A stretch of DNA of 64,000 bases from Octopus sinensis. Its lineage: Eukaryota. The notes beneath the pieces were generated by a model. That model was not told the DNA's origin. It saw only the letters and a list, made by a program, of their open reading frames with translations, and ran no database searches. The position numbers and the translations under genes are program-made. Below are positions 51,789 through 64,000 of this stretch, piece after piece. Location of the stretch: NCBI RefSeq assembly GCF_006345805.1, contig NC_043004.1, positions 44,826,001-44,890,000 on the forward strand. Reading direction: 5' to 3'. Positions within the stretch are counted from its first letter, which is position 1. The number at the start of each line of letters is the position of its first letter.

Positions 51789-52485
51789 TGCAGCAGCAGC
51801 AGCAGCAGCAGTATAGTAGTAGTAGTAGTAGTAGTAGTAGCAGCAGCAGCAGTAGTAGTAATAGTAGTAGTAGTAGCAGCAGTAGTAGTAGTTGTTGTTG
51901 TTGTTGTTGTTGTCGTTCTTTAACCTTAGGTAAGCCCCAGTCGAACAGACTTAGTTTCAAATACACCCCAACCGTGACCAAATCAATTTTTTTAGAAATT
52001 CTCTCGGTATCAAAGGTAATGCAGGTATCAAACGTGGGCAATTTTTGTCTTTTTGTCTTCTTTTTTCTTTTTCTTTTTTTTTTTTGTCGATAAGCTTATG
52101 AGATGTTAGGGAGATGAGATTCCTATTTCTATGTCATCGAGCAATCACGCAGAAGCGGCAAAACAAATGATACTGCTTACGAATGTCTTTTCGAAAATCA
52201 TCGTCGTCATCGTTGTTGTCGTCGTCGTCGTCGTCATCATCAACACCAGCACCATCATCATCATCACTACGCTATCATCGCCTTCAGCCTTAACATCACC
52301 GTCATCATCATCATCATCATCATCATCGTCGTCGTCGTCATCATCACCATCATCCTTAACATCACTGTCTTCATTATCATCATCGACGTTGTCATCATCA
52401 TCATCATCATCATCATACCATCATTATCATCATCTCAATCACCACCATATTCATTATCATCGTCGTCATCATCGTCATCATTTTC

Positions 52486-52545
<60 letters not shown>

Positions 52546-52879
52546 GCCATTATCCTTTTCATGACTGTCACCATCACCATCAACATTATCATAATCGTCA
52601 TCGTCAGAGTTATCATCACCATCACCACCACCACCACTTTATCCTCTACCATTGCCACGATGAATAACCATCACCAACATCTTCTGCATCAATCGTTCCA
52701 GTAAATCTTATTCTCGTCCACAAATGTAATTAGTCACTGTTGCAGCGGTTGGTAGTCGAAAAGATGCAGTTAATGGCAGTACGACCAATACTTGCAACAA
52801 TAACAACTACCACCAACAGCAGCACTACTACTACTAACATTGCTGCTGCTACTACTGCTACTACTACTACTACTACTAC

Positions 52880-52914
<35 letters not shown>

Positions 52915-52962
52915 GTAATAATAATAATAATGAGAATGATAATAATAATAATGATAATGATA

Positions 52963-52997
<35 letters not shown>

Positions 52998-53006
52998 TAT
53001 TATTAT

Positions 53007-53046
<40 letters not shown>

Positions 53047-53070
53047 GTAGTAATAATAATAATAATAATA

Positions 53071-53112
<42 letters not shown>

Positions 53113-53217
53113 TAATAATAATGATAATGATAATAATAATAATGATAACGATAATAATGATAATGATAATAATAATAATGATGATGATGATGATGATGAT
53201 GATAATAATAATAATAA

Positions 53218-53251
<34 letters not shown>

Positions 53252-53285
53252 TTAATAATAACAATAATAACAATAATAATACTAT
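51715..53285. repeat. Trinucleotide repeat field: (TAG/CAG/TTG)n, (CAT/CGT)n, (TAC/TAA/TGA)n
   Basis: Directly visible blocks at ~51715-51912, 52190-52670 and 52830-53285. Confidence 0.9.
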
Positions 53286-53414
53286 AGATACAGCAGCTAT
53301 AACAAGAGAAAGAAAACAAAAAAGGCAGTTTTAAATCAGAGATGAAAGGAGTATTAAGAATGGCTGAAGGAGACCGATTAGAATTTAGAGAAAATGAAAT
53401 GCAAGAGAGAGACA

Positions 53415-53570
53415 GGGAGTGCGATAAGAAACTTGGTTCCCAACCATATGGGTCCGTGGTCTGTCCCACTGCGTGGCACCTTGGCTAAGTGTCTTCTTCT
53501 ATTGCCTCGGACTTACCAAAGCCTTGTACGTTGATTTACTCGAAGGAAACTGAAAGAAGCTCTTCACATA
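53415..53570 (+). mobile_element. SINE family A, 5' half
   Basis: Decayed head plus CCCACTGCGTGGCACCTTGG body. Confidence 0.7.
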
Positions 53571-53588
53571 CACACACAAAACACATAC

Positions 53589-53636
<48 letters not shown>

Positions 53637-53671
53637 ATATATATATACTTCTAATATAATACTTTTTCTTA

Positions 53672-54045
53672 CTTTATCTTTTATTTGTTTCAGTCATTTG
53701 ACCGCGGCCATACTGGAGCACCGCCTTTAGGCGAGCAAATCGACGCCAGGACTTATTCTTCGTAAGCCTACTACTTATTCTATGGGCCTCTTTTGCCGAA
53801 CCGCTAGGTTACGGTGACGTAAACTCACCACCATCGACAAACACTGATACACAAAACATACACACATATATATTTATATATACGACGGGCTTCTTTCAGT
53901 TTCCGTCTATCAAACCCACTCACAAGGCTTTGGTCGGGCCGAGGCTATTACAGAAGACACTTGCCCAAGGTGCCACGCAGTGGGACTGACCCCGGAAACA
54001 TGTGGTTGGTAAAGAAGCTACTCAGCACACAGCCACACCTGCGCC
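53672..54045 (-). mobile_element. SINE family A, full length
   Basis: Reverse complement of 54109-54530. Confidence 0.9.
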
Positions 54046-54108
54046 CATCAGGATAGTGGCTAGCATGTTAAAATACCTTTCAAGGTGAAAATTATAAACA
54101 ATTATAAT

Positions 54109-54530
54109 AGGCGCATGAGTGGCTGTGTGGTAAGTAGCTTGCTAACCAACCACATGGTTGCGGGTTCAGTCCCACTGCGTGGCATCTTGGGCAAGTGTCT
54201 TCTGCTATAGCCCCGGGTCGACCAATGCCTTGTGAGTGGATTTGGTAGATGGAAACTGAAAGAAGCCTGTCGTATATATATATATATATATATGTGTGTG
54301 CGTGTGTGTTTGTGTGTCTGTGTTTGTCCCCCTAGCATTGCTTGACAACCGATGCTGGTGTGTTTACGTCCCCGTCACTTAGCGGTTCGGCAAAAGAGAC
54401 CGATAGAATAAGTACTGGGCTTACAAAGAATAAGTCCCGGGATCGATTTGCTCGATTAAAGGCGGTGCTCCAGCATGGCCGCAGTCAAATGACTGAAACA
54501 AGTAAAAGAGAGTAAAGAGTAAAAGAGTAA
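54109..54530 (+). mobile_element. SINE family A, full length (reference copy)
   Basis: A-box TGGCTGTGTGG, B-box GGTTCAGTCCC, internal TA/TG microsatellite, tail ending (GAGTAAAA)n. Confidence 0.9.
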
Positions 54531-54742
54531 TTACAAATAAGAGCAAAAGAAAAAAATTGTGGATTAATCCAGAAATCCGTCCGATTCGGGAATAACAAAT
54601 TTTTTAAATTTCAGTTAGCTTACTTTCCTCGTTTCAACACGCTGTATGTTTATAACGAAATATATTGTATGTGGTTATACGATCTAAGGTCTATTTTCAG
54701 TATATTGGCATAGAAAATTCTTTTCTTTTGGCTTTAGTTATA

Positions 54743-54780
<38 letters not shown>

Positions 54781-55017
54781 TGTCTGAGTATGTACGTATG
54801 TGTGTATGAGTGTTTGTCTTTGTTTTTTCCTACATCATCGTTTGAGAACCGGTGTTGGTATGGTTTCGTTCCCATAGATTAGCGGTTTGGCATAAGACAC
54901 CGACAGAGGAAGTACCAGGCTAAGAAAAAAAAATAGGTACTAGGGTCGATCCATTCGACTAAAAATACGTCAAAGTGATGCCTCAGCATGGCCGCTGTCT
55001 AACGACTGAAACAACGT

Positions 55018-55105
<88 letters not shown>

Positions 55106-55255
55106 TGTGGTTGTGTGGTAAGCAGCTTGCTTCTCATCCACATGGTTCCGGGTTCAGTCCCACCTTGCGCAACTGTCTTCTAATATAACTTCGGACAGCC
55201 CAAAGCCCTTGTCAGTGAATTAGGTAGACTGAAAATGATAGAAACCTGTTATATA

Positions 55256-55325
<70 letters not shown>

Positions 55326-56153
55326 TTATATATATATATAGGTTTTATCGTTTGTTCTACTGCCTTGTTCTCAATGTCCTGGTTTTGTTACCACTTTAAC
55401 CCTCCGCAAAAATCCCAAATTTTATTTCATTATGGGAAGCACAGTTTTAACGAAGTTGCGTCTTGTCCCAACCTTCGATACGCGGAGTAGATATAACAGG
55501 AGACAACTGATGAAGGGTTTGTTCTCTATGCTGCCTGTCTCATTTCTCTATTTGTTTCGTTTTCCATGTTTTTGTTGTTTTGGTTTATTGTTTTTCATTT
55601 TGTTTACGTTTGTTGACGTCCTGTACTCATATGTGCACACACACACACATATATGTAATTTAATAACAGATTGATTCGGCTTTATGCAACTTATAGTTTC
55701 CGAGGCCCGTCATACTAAACTTTAAGTAGCATGGAGCCAAATCAAACTGTTAATATTGTTCCAGTCATTAATCTGCGACCATGCTGGGGCATCGTCTTGA
55801 GGAAGTTTAGTCGAACGAATCAACCACCACACACACACACAACATCTTTCCGGGTTGCGTATTTTTCCAAACCAGGGCTGGTCACCTTGGTCAGCATGCT
55901 GTAAGTTAACCAAATATTGATCTAAAATTTTGTCGACTTCGGTGGAATTCGAACTGAGACGAACGAAATGCTACACTGCATTTTGCCCGATACGGTAACG
56001 ATCTGCCAGCTCAGTGCCTTGAATTAAACAAGTATTAAATTTACTTAATTAATTAACTGAACTACAGTACAGATACGTATGCATTAGCTTAAATTAGTGC
56101 GGATTATAAAAGGTTCAGTGTCCGGTAAATCGGTCCTGTACCCATGTAACATA

Positions 56154-56209
<56 letters not shown>

Positions 56210-56257
56210 TATGTATATGTATATATATATATTATCTATATGTTCTATATAATATAT

Positions 56258-56321
<64 letters not shown>

Positions 56322-56363
56322 GAGAGATAAGAAAGTTGGTTTGTGAAAGCACGTGGTTGAATA

Positions 56364-57617
56364 TATAGAAAATAGTAAAAAGTGAAAAAACTACAGAAGA
56401 CTTAAAGGTTAAAAATATATATATATATTTGCGTCAATATGTCTGAAGAATATTAAAAAAATTTTTTCCTTACAATGATATAATTTAGAAGAAAGACCGG
56501 TTCCGCGTTTAGCTTTTCAAATTTCTTACGACGTTATGTTTATGTTGAATAGAGTTATCGTTATGTTTATGTTTAAAAGAGTTCTAAATAAGGGGAGGTA
56601 ATGAGTGATTTCTTCCGGTGTAAGGGAGATAATCGCTTAAATTTTTTTCCTTTCCTATGAAAAGTTCAACACAACAACACACCTTCCCCGAAAATACTAC
56701 CCTACATATCTACATACAACCCCAGAAACAAAGAAGCCTTCACCATCATCACCCAGAATTTACCAATACTTCATAAGGACCCCAAATTAAAGGAAATTCT
56801 AAACATACACCAAATCATTAAAAGCTACAAACAACCTAAATCACTTAAAAAGATTTTCACAAAGGCAAAATTGTTTTCTGAAATTACGGATGCAAAAGTA
56901 AAAAAATGTGGTAGATCGAACTGTGCAACATTTCCAAACCTGCTAGAAGGATCAGAATTCCTCTTTAAAGAGGGACAGAAATTCAAGATCAAATCTAACT
57001 TTACATGTGCCTCTGAAAACATAATTTATGTCATAAAATGCTCGGGCTGCCACCAAGACTACGTGGGATCCACGGGACTATCACTCAGACGTAGATGCAC
57101 ACTGCATCGACAACAAATTGCATTCCCAGAATACAGAATGATACCTTTTAGTGAGCACATTGAGAAATGCGCAAAGCAACTACTACCACAATTCTTAATC
57201 TTTCCATTTTACCAATGTGCTATCGGATCATCAACACAAATTAGACTAAACAATGAAACATTCTTCATTGAAAAGTACAAGCCCAGACTTAACCATGCCA
57301 ACATACTGATACAGAGAAATTCACACCAAGGGAAAGGAAAAAAATTTTAAGCGATTATCTCCCTTACACCGGAAGAAATCACTCATTACCTCCCCTTATT
57401 TAGAACTCTTTTAAACATAAACATAACGATAACTCTATTCAACATAACATAACGTCGTACGAAATTTGAAAAGCTAAACGCGAAACCGGTCTTTCTTCTA
57501 AACTATGTCATTGTAAGGAAAAAAAAATTTTAATATTCTTCACACATATTGACGCAAATAATATATTTTTTAACCTTTATGCCTTCTGTAGTTTTTTCAC
57601 TTTTTACTATTTTCTAT
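56364..57617 (+). mobile_element. Penelope-like element 3' portion flanked by ~290-bp inverted repeats (56364-56655, 57331-57617)
   Basis: Internal GIY-YIG frame; arms are high-identity reverse complements; embedded in (TA)n/(GA)n. Confidence 0.85.
56710..57350 (+). pseudogene. Penelope-like RT C-terminus plus GIY-YIG endonuclease (5'-truncated open frame)
   Basis: TYNPRN...SYKQPKSLKKIFT...KKCGRSNCATC-like linker, then NIIYVIKCSGCHQDYVGSTG.SLRRR..LHRQQI and ETFFIEKYKPRLN. Confidence 0.85.
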
Positions 57618-57650
<33 letters not shown>

Positions 57651-57704
57651 ATAGATATATAGATATATATATATATATTATATATATATTATATCTATAT
57701 AGTA

Positions 57705-57770
<66 letters not shown>

Positions 57771-57848
57771 TATATATATATGTATATATATATTATATAT
57801 TTATACTATATATACAATACATATATATATATGTATATATATATATAT

Positions 57849-58190
57849 AGGCGTAGGAAGTCTGTGTGGTAAGAAGCTTGCTTCCCAGCCACATGGTTCC
57901 GAGTTCAGTCTCACTGCACGGCACCTTGGGCAAGTGCCGTCTACTATGGCCTCGGGCCGACCAAATCCTTGTGGTGGATTTAGTAGACAGAAACTGAAAG
58001 AAGCCCGTCGTACATATATATACTAATCATCCGAAATTGTGAGGATGATCCGATTCTTGACTGAGGATCAAAGGCTTCGAATGACCCGTCCTTGTTTTTT
58101 GTATCGTCTATCTGCATGTTTTGTTGTCCCTTTTTGTATCACATAGTTGTCCTGATGTTTTGCGTTCTTCTCCCATTTTGTATTTTATTT

Positions 58191-58235
<45 letters not shown>

Positions 58236-58472
58236 TGTGTGTGTGTGTGTGTGTGTGTATGTGTGTGTGTGCGTGTGTGTGTTTGTGTGTGTTTGTGTGT
58301 GTGTGTGTATACGATGGGCTTCTTTCAGTTTCTGTCAACCAAAATCCACTCTCAAGGCTTTGGTCGGCCCGAAGCTATAGTAGAAGACACTTGCCCAAAA
58401 TGCCACACAGGGGGAGTGAACCCAGAACTATGAGGTTGGGAAGCAAGCTTCTTACCACACAGCCACACCTAT
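57849..58472. mobile_element. Two SINE family A 5' halves in opposite orientation (57849-58015 plus; 58300-58472 minus)
   Basis: Family A head and body motifs. Confidence 0.8.
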
Positions 58473-58479
58473 AGATAAG

Positions 58480-58780
58480 AACGCTTTTGCATTTTTTGTT
58501 TTCTTCTTTTTGATACAGCCGAAACATTCTCCTCGAAGATTTTGAACTCCATCCGATCTTTGTGTACAAAAGTTCCTGCAATATTTACAAAGCTGGCAAC
58601 TTCTAAACCGTTGTACACAGCACAGATGGTAGTGACAGCATATTTTTTAAGTTCTTCTGCTAGCATTTTATCTGCCATCGGAGATCTGAATAAAATAAAG
58701 ACGTTTTAACTGGTTTGAGGTGAGCAATACACCGACATTTAATTGTCCTCAAGTACCGCCCGCAACCTCTGTCATTCAGT
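58480..58780 (-). mobile_element. Tc1/mariner-type transposase N-terminal remnant
   Basis: ORF 58469-58678 (LAEELKKYAV...LEVASFVNIAGTFVHKDR....NVSAVSKRRK) resembles the HTH N-terminus of Tc1-like transposases. Recognised from memory, not by search. Confidence 0.5.
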
Positions 58781-59704
58781 GCGTATGTATGTGTGTGTGT
58801 ATGTGCGCGCATGGAAGTATGCGTGTGTGCGCACGGAATTGTGTGTGTGCGTGTGCTGTGTGCATGCGTGTGTATAGTTGCGCATGGAAAATTAACAAAC
58901 CTCAGGGAAGTTCACATACGATTGCGATATATTTCAAACTGCAAAGGCTATTTATTTCACCGCAATTTATCGTGAAGAAAAACGTTCCCGCTTTTGGTTA
59001 AAAGGTGTAAGAACAGAAACCATTGTCAGTGTAAAAGCGCCCTCTGTGGACTGACAGATGCATTTCTAACTTGTCTTCAATACTGAAAGACAGCTATCAA
59101 GCTAAACATGCATCTATCAATCAACCGACGGCAATTTACCCTGACAATGGCGTTTCATTCGCCTTTCTACCTAAAGCGAGCATTTTATTTTCTCTACAAT
59201 AATCTGCAGTGAAACACACACACAAAAAAAAAAAAGAATTCGAACATACCTAAAGTATTTGACAGGCGCGGACAGACAGATACAGACACACGCGCGCGCG
59301 TGTATCTGTTTGTCCGCGCAGTAATGCCTCGAAATACAAGTTAATTTCTTCCTGCTGACTGCAGTAATGCCTCGAAATACAAGCGAAAAACTCGTAAAGC
59401 AGAACAATAATTTCCTATAGTAGCAATGCTATAAATCGTAATTCGTTCCCAGAAAAATATTTTACCAATCAAATTTATAATTCTGGTAAATAAATGGCAA
59501 TAAAACAACAGTAGAATGTAAAGAATATTTCATATTAACTAAAAGTAACGTCAATATCATATATGATAAAAAATATTATTATTATTATAATCGCTTTCTG
59601 AATTACTTTTACTCGCACTAGATGCATGCACACACCATCACTTGTAGACGCGATCGCCGATTCACAAGCACTCGTAGACAGATTTGTAGGTTTCTTTTTA
59701 AAAA

Positions 59705-60222
59705 AAACAGTCTAGAGTTATTTACGATACACTTGGAATTCGCATCATCAGTTTGGAACCCCTATCTTGCCCAGAACATTGACCTCCTGGAATTTGTCCA
59801 GAGACGTGCAACCAAACGCATACCCTCCATCAGACACCTACCATATTCTGAGCGCCTTGTTTCCCTGGGCATGGATTCACTGAAGCTCCGGCGTCTGGCG
59901 ACGGACTTGGTAAACACCCACAAAGTTATCAACCACCTCACCAACAACAACACTGAACACCTTTTTGATCTCCTTGTGTCTAACACACGTGGACATGCCT
60001 ACAAAGTCAGAAAACAACACAGCTCCCATGACTTTCGGAAACATTTTTTCACGATCAGAGTTGCTGAAGCATGGAATAAACTGCCTGCGTCAGTTGTTGA
60101 CTGCCATGACACTGCATCCTTTAAGGCCCTCATGCTTTCCGAAATCCGCCGAAACTACACCTGATTATATATACACTTTAGATGAGTTGTAGTGCACCTG
60201 AGCACTGTACACAATTATTATT
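59705..60222 (+). mobile_element. CR1-type LINE 3' end
   Basis: LEFASSVWNPY...LEFVQRRATK....YSERL..LG..SL..RR...DL...TRGH..K...RKHFFT.RV..AWNKLP, then a short 3' UTR and (ATT)n. Confidence 0.9.
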
Positions 60223-60499
60223 TTTATTTTTTTTTATTTGCTTAGAAGCTTTATTTCGTTCTCTGTAAATTTCTCTGTAAATTTCTCTATAAATTTCTCG
60301 GTGACACGCGGAAACCTAATAGTAGTAAAAACATTGGCAGTTCGTTTAAAATTTCAACCATGTGCTAGAAAAATAAAACTCGTAAACCCGGGGTCTCGTA
60401 AAGCAGGTCCTCGTAAAGTGACGTGGTTAGTCTGTCGCTTCCCCTCTCACTCTCTCTCTCTCTTGCTCTCGCTCTGAGTGTGTGTGTGTGTATGTGTGT

Positions 60500-61260
60500 G
60501 TATCTGATGACGCGTGTCTTTGTGGTTAGGTTATTCAGCTTACAATCGAGAGTTCGATTACACGGAGGTGCGTGGTGTCCTTGAGAAAAACACTTATTTC
60601 ACGTTGCTTCAGTCCACTCAGCTGGAAAGAAATGAGTAGGGATCTTTTCGGTTTGAACGGCAGTTTTTTCTAGCGCTGTCATATGAAATTGTCACCCATA
60701 ATTATGACCCTAGTATCGATCTATTGCATTTCAATCACTTTTAGGGTTAGGGTTAGGGGTGGGGTTAGGTAGAAGGGTATCTTTTTTTCTTCACAAATGT
60801 AAATAAACCCAATCTGTTTCTTAAACTAGGGACATATTCATACAACACAGAATGTTTTTTTTTTACCTCAATAGACGTATTTGATTGGTTGAAATTGCAG
60901 AAATTGAAGAAAAAAAGCAACAAATATCTTACAAACTATAGAATTTTCTCAATAAAGCCAAGAGAAAAAGATGTTTTATAAACACATTCTACCAGTATAC
61001 GAAGGTTAAATATTTTTAGTTACCTAGAAATTATGTTAAAAACTGCCGGTCAAACCGAAAAGATCCTTGAGTAGTATCTATATTTTAGAGGGCAAGCTTT
61101 GTCACATTCTGTGTCATGCTGAAATCGCCTTAAGAACGACGTTGATGGTACACGTGTCTGTGGAATGCTCAGCCACTTACACGGTAATTACAAAAGTCCA
61201 CTGTTCTGTTGACCGCATCAACTGGAACACTCGTCGTCATAACCGACGGAGTGCCACTTT
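60500..61260 (+). mobile_element. SINE family D interrupted by MITE copy 6
   Basis: tRNA-like head (GAGTTCGATT), GTCCTTGAGAAAAACACTT domain, and 3' end ATCAACTGGAAC.CTCGTCGTCATAACCGACGGAGTGCC. Confidence 0.7.
60640..61066. mobile_element. MITE copy 6 with near-perfect 8-bp TSD (ATGAGTAG / TTGAGTAG)
   Basis: TIRs intact; TSD matches at 7 of 8 positions. Confidence 0.9.
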
Positions 61261-62254
61261 AATATGTATCTTTATGTGTCAATTTGTCTGTTCACACACA
61301 CACACACACACACTTGCATTTCCATTGGTTTTAATGATGAGGATTCAGTCAGCGGTTCGAACAACGTAACTCGCAGTCGGGGTCAACGGAATACAGGGCA
61401 GAGTAGGGATGTACCATTAAATCAAGGTAAAATTCATTCGACAAACATTTGAATGAATGCCACCGAATGAGATCGAACCCAGTATCTCGTGGTTGCAAAG
61501 AGAATTTCTTAACCATTCGGCCGCACTGCGCCTATGTATGTAAGCATTTATCAATTCATGTGTGCATACACGTGTGTTTATATATAAATATATATATGCA
61601 TGTATGTATGAATATACTTACATATGTATATGCATACAAATGTATGTATATGCAGACATACATGCATGCATATGTAAATGCATAGAGACATATATACATA
61701 CATACACATATACATACACAAACGAACATATAGCGTTACTGTTCAAATAATTACTGTGTTGAAGAGAGAAACCCAGGCTTCGATAGAAACTGTAAACACA
61801 GATGAACTCTAATACCACCAAGCCTACATCTTAACCCTCTAACCAATAGCCTTTCACCCTATCACTAACTCCTAAACAATAACCCTAATTACCTGTCCAA
61901 TTTAGGGTGGGGAAAAAGAGATATTATAAACAACCTGAAGAAATATCTCGAAAATACTGTTACACATGAGTCAGAGTAGATTTCACCACATAATAGAGTG
62001 AAAGTACTTTGTAATGCTTAAAATATCCATCTCTTAGTATTAGGGAATAGCAGATTTTATGTGTAAGCGTGATAAATAAATGCGTGTGTCTACGCGTATG
62101 TATGTATATGAATATTATATAATATATCAATTCGTATTCTTAGACTATGTATATATTCACATACTAAAACATATACATATCTCTGCATATAGATGTAGGT
62201 ATGTACATATATGTATGTATATATGCTATATATATATATATACATTATATATAT

Positions 62255-62304
<50 letters not shown>

Positions 62305-62396
62305 AGCATGTGTGTGACTGTGTGTATGTATATGTATACGTGTGCTTTAAAGATAGATGGTGCCAGGTATCTAATCTACGAAATACCCCACTTGAA

Positions 62397-62432
<36 letters not shown>

Positions 62433-62877
62433 TATGTATATATATATACACGCTTATATACATACATACATACATACATACATAAATACGTTTGCGTATG
62501 TGCATGTATGTATGCTTATATAGTTGCATGTGTGCGTGTATATGTGTGCGTGTATATGTGTGCGTGTATATGTGTGCGTGTGTTACAATCTTAAAAGAAC
62601 AAAAACATAAACACATAAACAGCTTCCAAATAACAATTACCTTTGCAGGGAAGAAACATATGTTTCTCTTTTCCCAGATTTCCACAAAATTACCTGAACA
62701 AAACACATTAGTGAAATACATTAAAATAGTGCAGGATTCCAATAAATCAACGGTGAACAAAGATGGAAAGTAAGTAAGAAAGTACACCCACTTATCATAA
62801 ATAAGTAGAAAGCTAATTTTAATAAACACGTCGTTAGCAGAGATAGCAGACCCCAAGATTTATTCAAGTAAAGATCA

Positions 62878-62879
<2 letters not shown>

Positions 62880-62914
<35 letters not shown>

Positions 62915-62967
62915 CATACATATATATATTCATATATATGTATGAAGGTATATATATATATATATAT

Positions 62968-63012
<45 letters not shown>

Positions 63013-63440
63013 ATATTAATATATATATATATGTATATGTATGTATATATATATAATATATGCATACATGTATATATACACATATATATATATCCATATA
63101 TATATCTATGTATATATGTATATATATATATACATACATATATATAGACAGAGATATATATAGGTATATATGTATATATATATGTACATAGATATATATA
63201 GTATATATATATAATACATATATAGACAGAGATATATATAGGTATATGTGTATATATATATGTACATAGATATATATATGTATATATATATACATACATA
63301 TATATAGACAGAGATATATATAGGTATATATGTATATATATATGTACATAGATATATATATATGTATATATATATACATACATATATATATATACACCTT
63401 CATACATATATATGAATATATGTATGTCTATATATATATA
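62880..63440. repeat. Degenerate (TA)n field containing three ~80-bp higher-order units
   Basis: GACAGAGA anchors at ~63147, 63225 and 63307. Confidence 0.85.
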
Positions 63441-63941
63441 TGTACAGATACATATACATTTGCATGTATGTATGCACACACACACAAATACACACAAGTA
63501 TATATTATTTAGACGTAAAGCTTTACAGTTGATTTATGTAGTTTTAAACCTAAGTTTACACGATAGATGTTACTCCCGTTTGTACCACTAAATCGATGTG
63601 CGTGTGTTCGTGCGCATATGCATGTCTGGGTGCGTGTGTATGTGTGTGTTCATGTATGTTTGTGTATGTGTATGTGTGTGTGTGTGTGTGTTTTTTAACT
63701 GTTTTCGATCGTTTTCATACACAGCATTATCTTCAAAAGATTTAGATGTTCAAACCAGTCTGAATATCAATTTGAGTGCGAAACGTTTTTATTTAACTAA
63801 ATTCTCTTTATCGATTGGCCATGTTTACTTTTTTTTTTTTTAGTTAGTATAAAGGTGTGTAACTCCACTTGATGTTCTTATCCCGCCAAAAACATAATCA
63901 CTGTTGTAATCCGTATATATGCTTAAATATATAATATATAT

Positions 63942-63972
<31 letters not shown>

Positions 63973-64000
63973 AATATATATATATATAATATATATATAT

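Noticed and set aside
63755-63800. Hammerhead-like CTGAATA...GAAACGTT
   Set aside because: The core mismatches and stem I does not pair.

Overview
AT-rich, repeat-saturated animal genomic DNA with no confidently recognisable host gene, rRNA, bona fide tRNA or CRISPR array. The tRNA-headed SINE families, the dense TA/GATA/TAA microsatellites and TTAGGG tracts suggest an octopus-like coleoid cephalopod; this is an inference. The window is a patchwork of mobile elements. Non-LTR retrotransposons: APE-type LINE remnants (187-2010, 3644-4600, 44595-44905, 59705-60222) and two R4/Dong-type LINEs with restriction-like endonuclease sitting in (TAA)n (12706-13430, and a nearly intact 5'-truncated copy at 20225-22330). 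Other retroelements: a Ty3/Gypsy remnant and a Penelope-like GIY-YIG element with ~290-bp inverted repeats. DNA transposons: hAT and Tc1/mariner remnants and several MITEs, including a six-copy GG-ended, 8-bp-TSD family carrying a TTAGGG/G-quadruplex tract. Several SINE families are also present. The most notable observations are: (i) several minimal type I hammerhead-ribozyme folds (5884-5928, 6104-6141 minus, 6237-6274, 30871-30905, plus degenerate copies), some arranged as self-complementary sense/antisense pairs; (ii) the dominant SINE shares its 3' ~50 nt with two LINE 3' ends in the window, which points to its mobilising partner; (iii) a second SINE forms trimers with a fixed junction; (iv) all three frameshifts of the Dong-like LINE are single-base homopolymer deletions. 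Most listed ORFs are microsatellite translations. Coordinates were read by hand; repeat boundaries may be off by a few bases.
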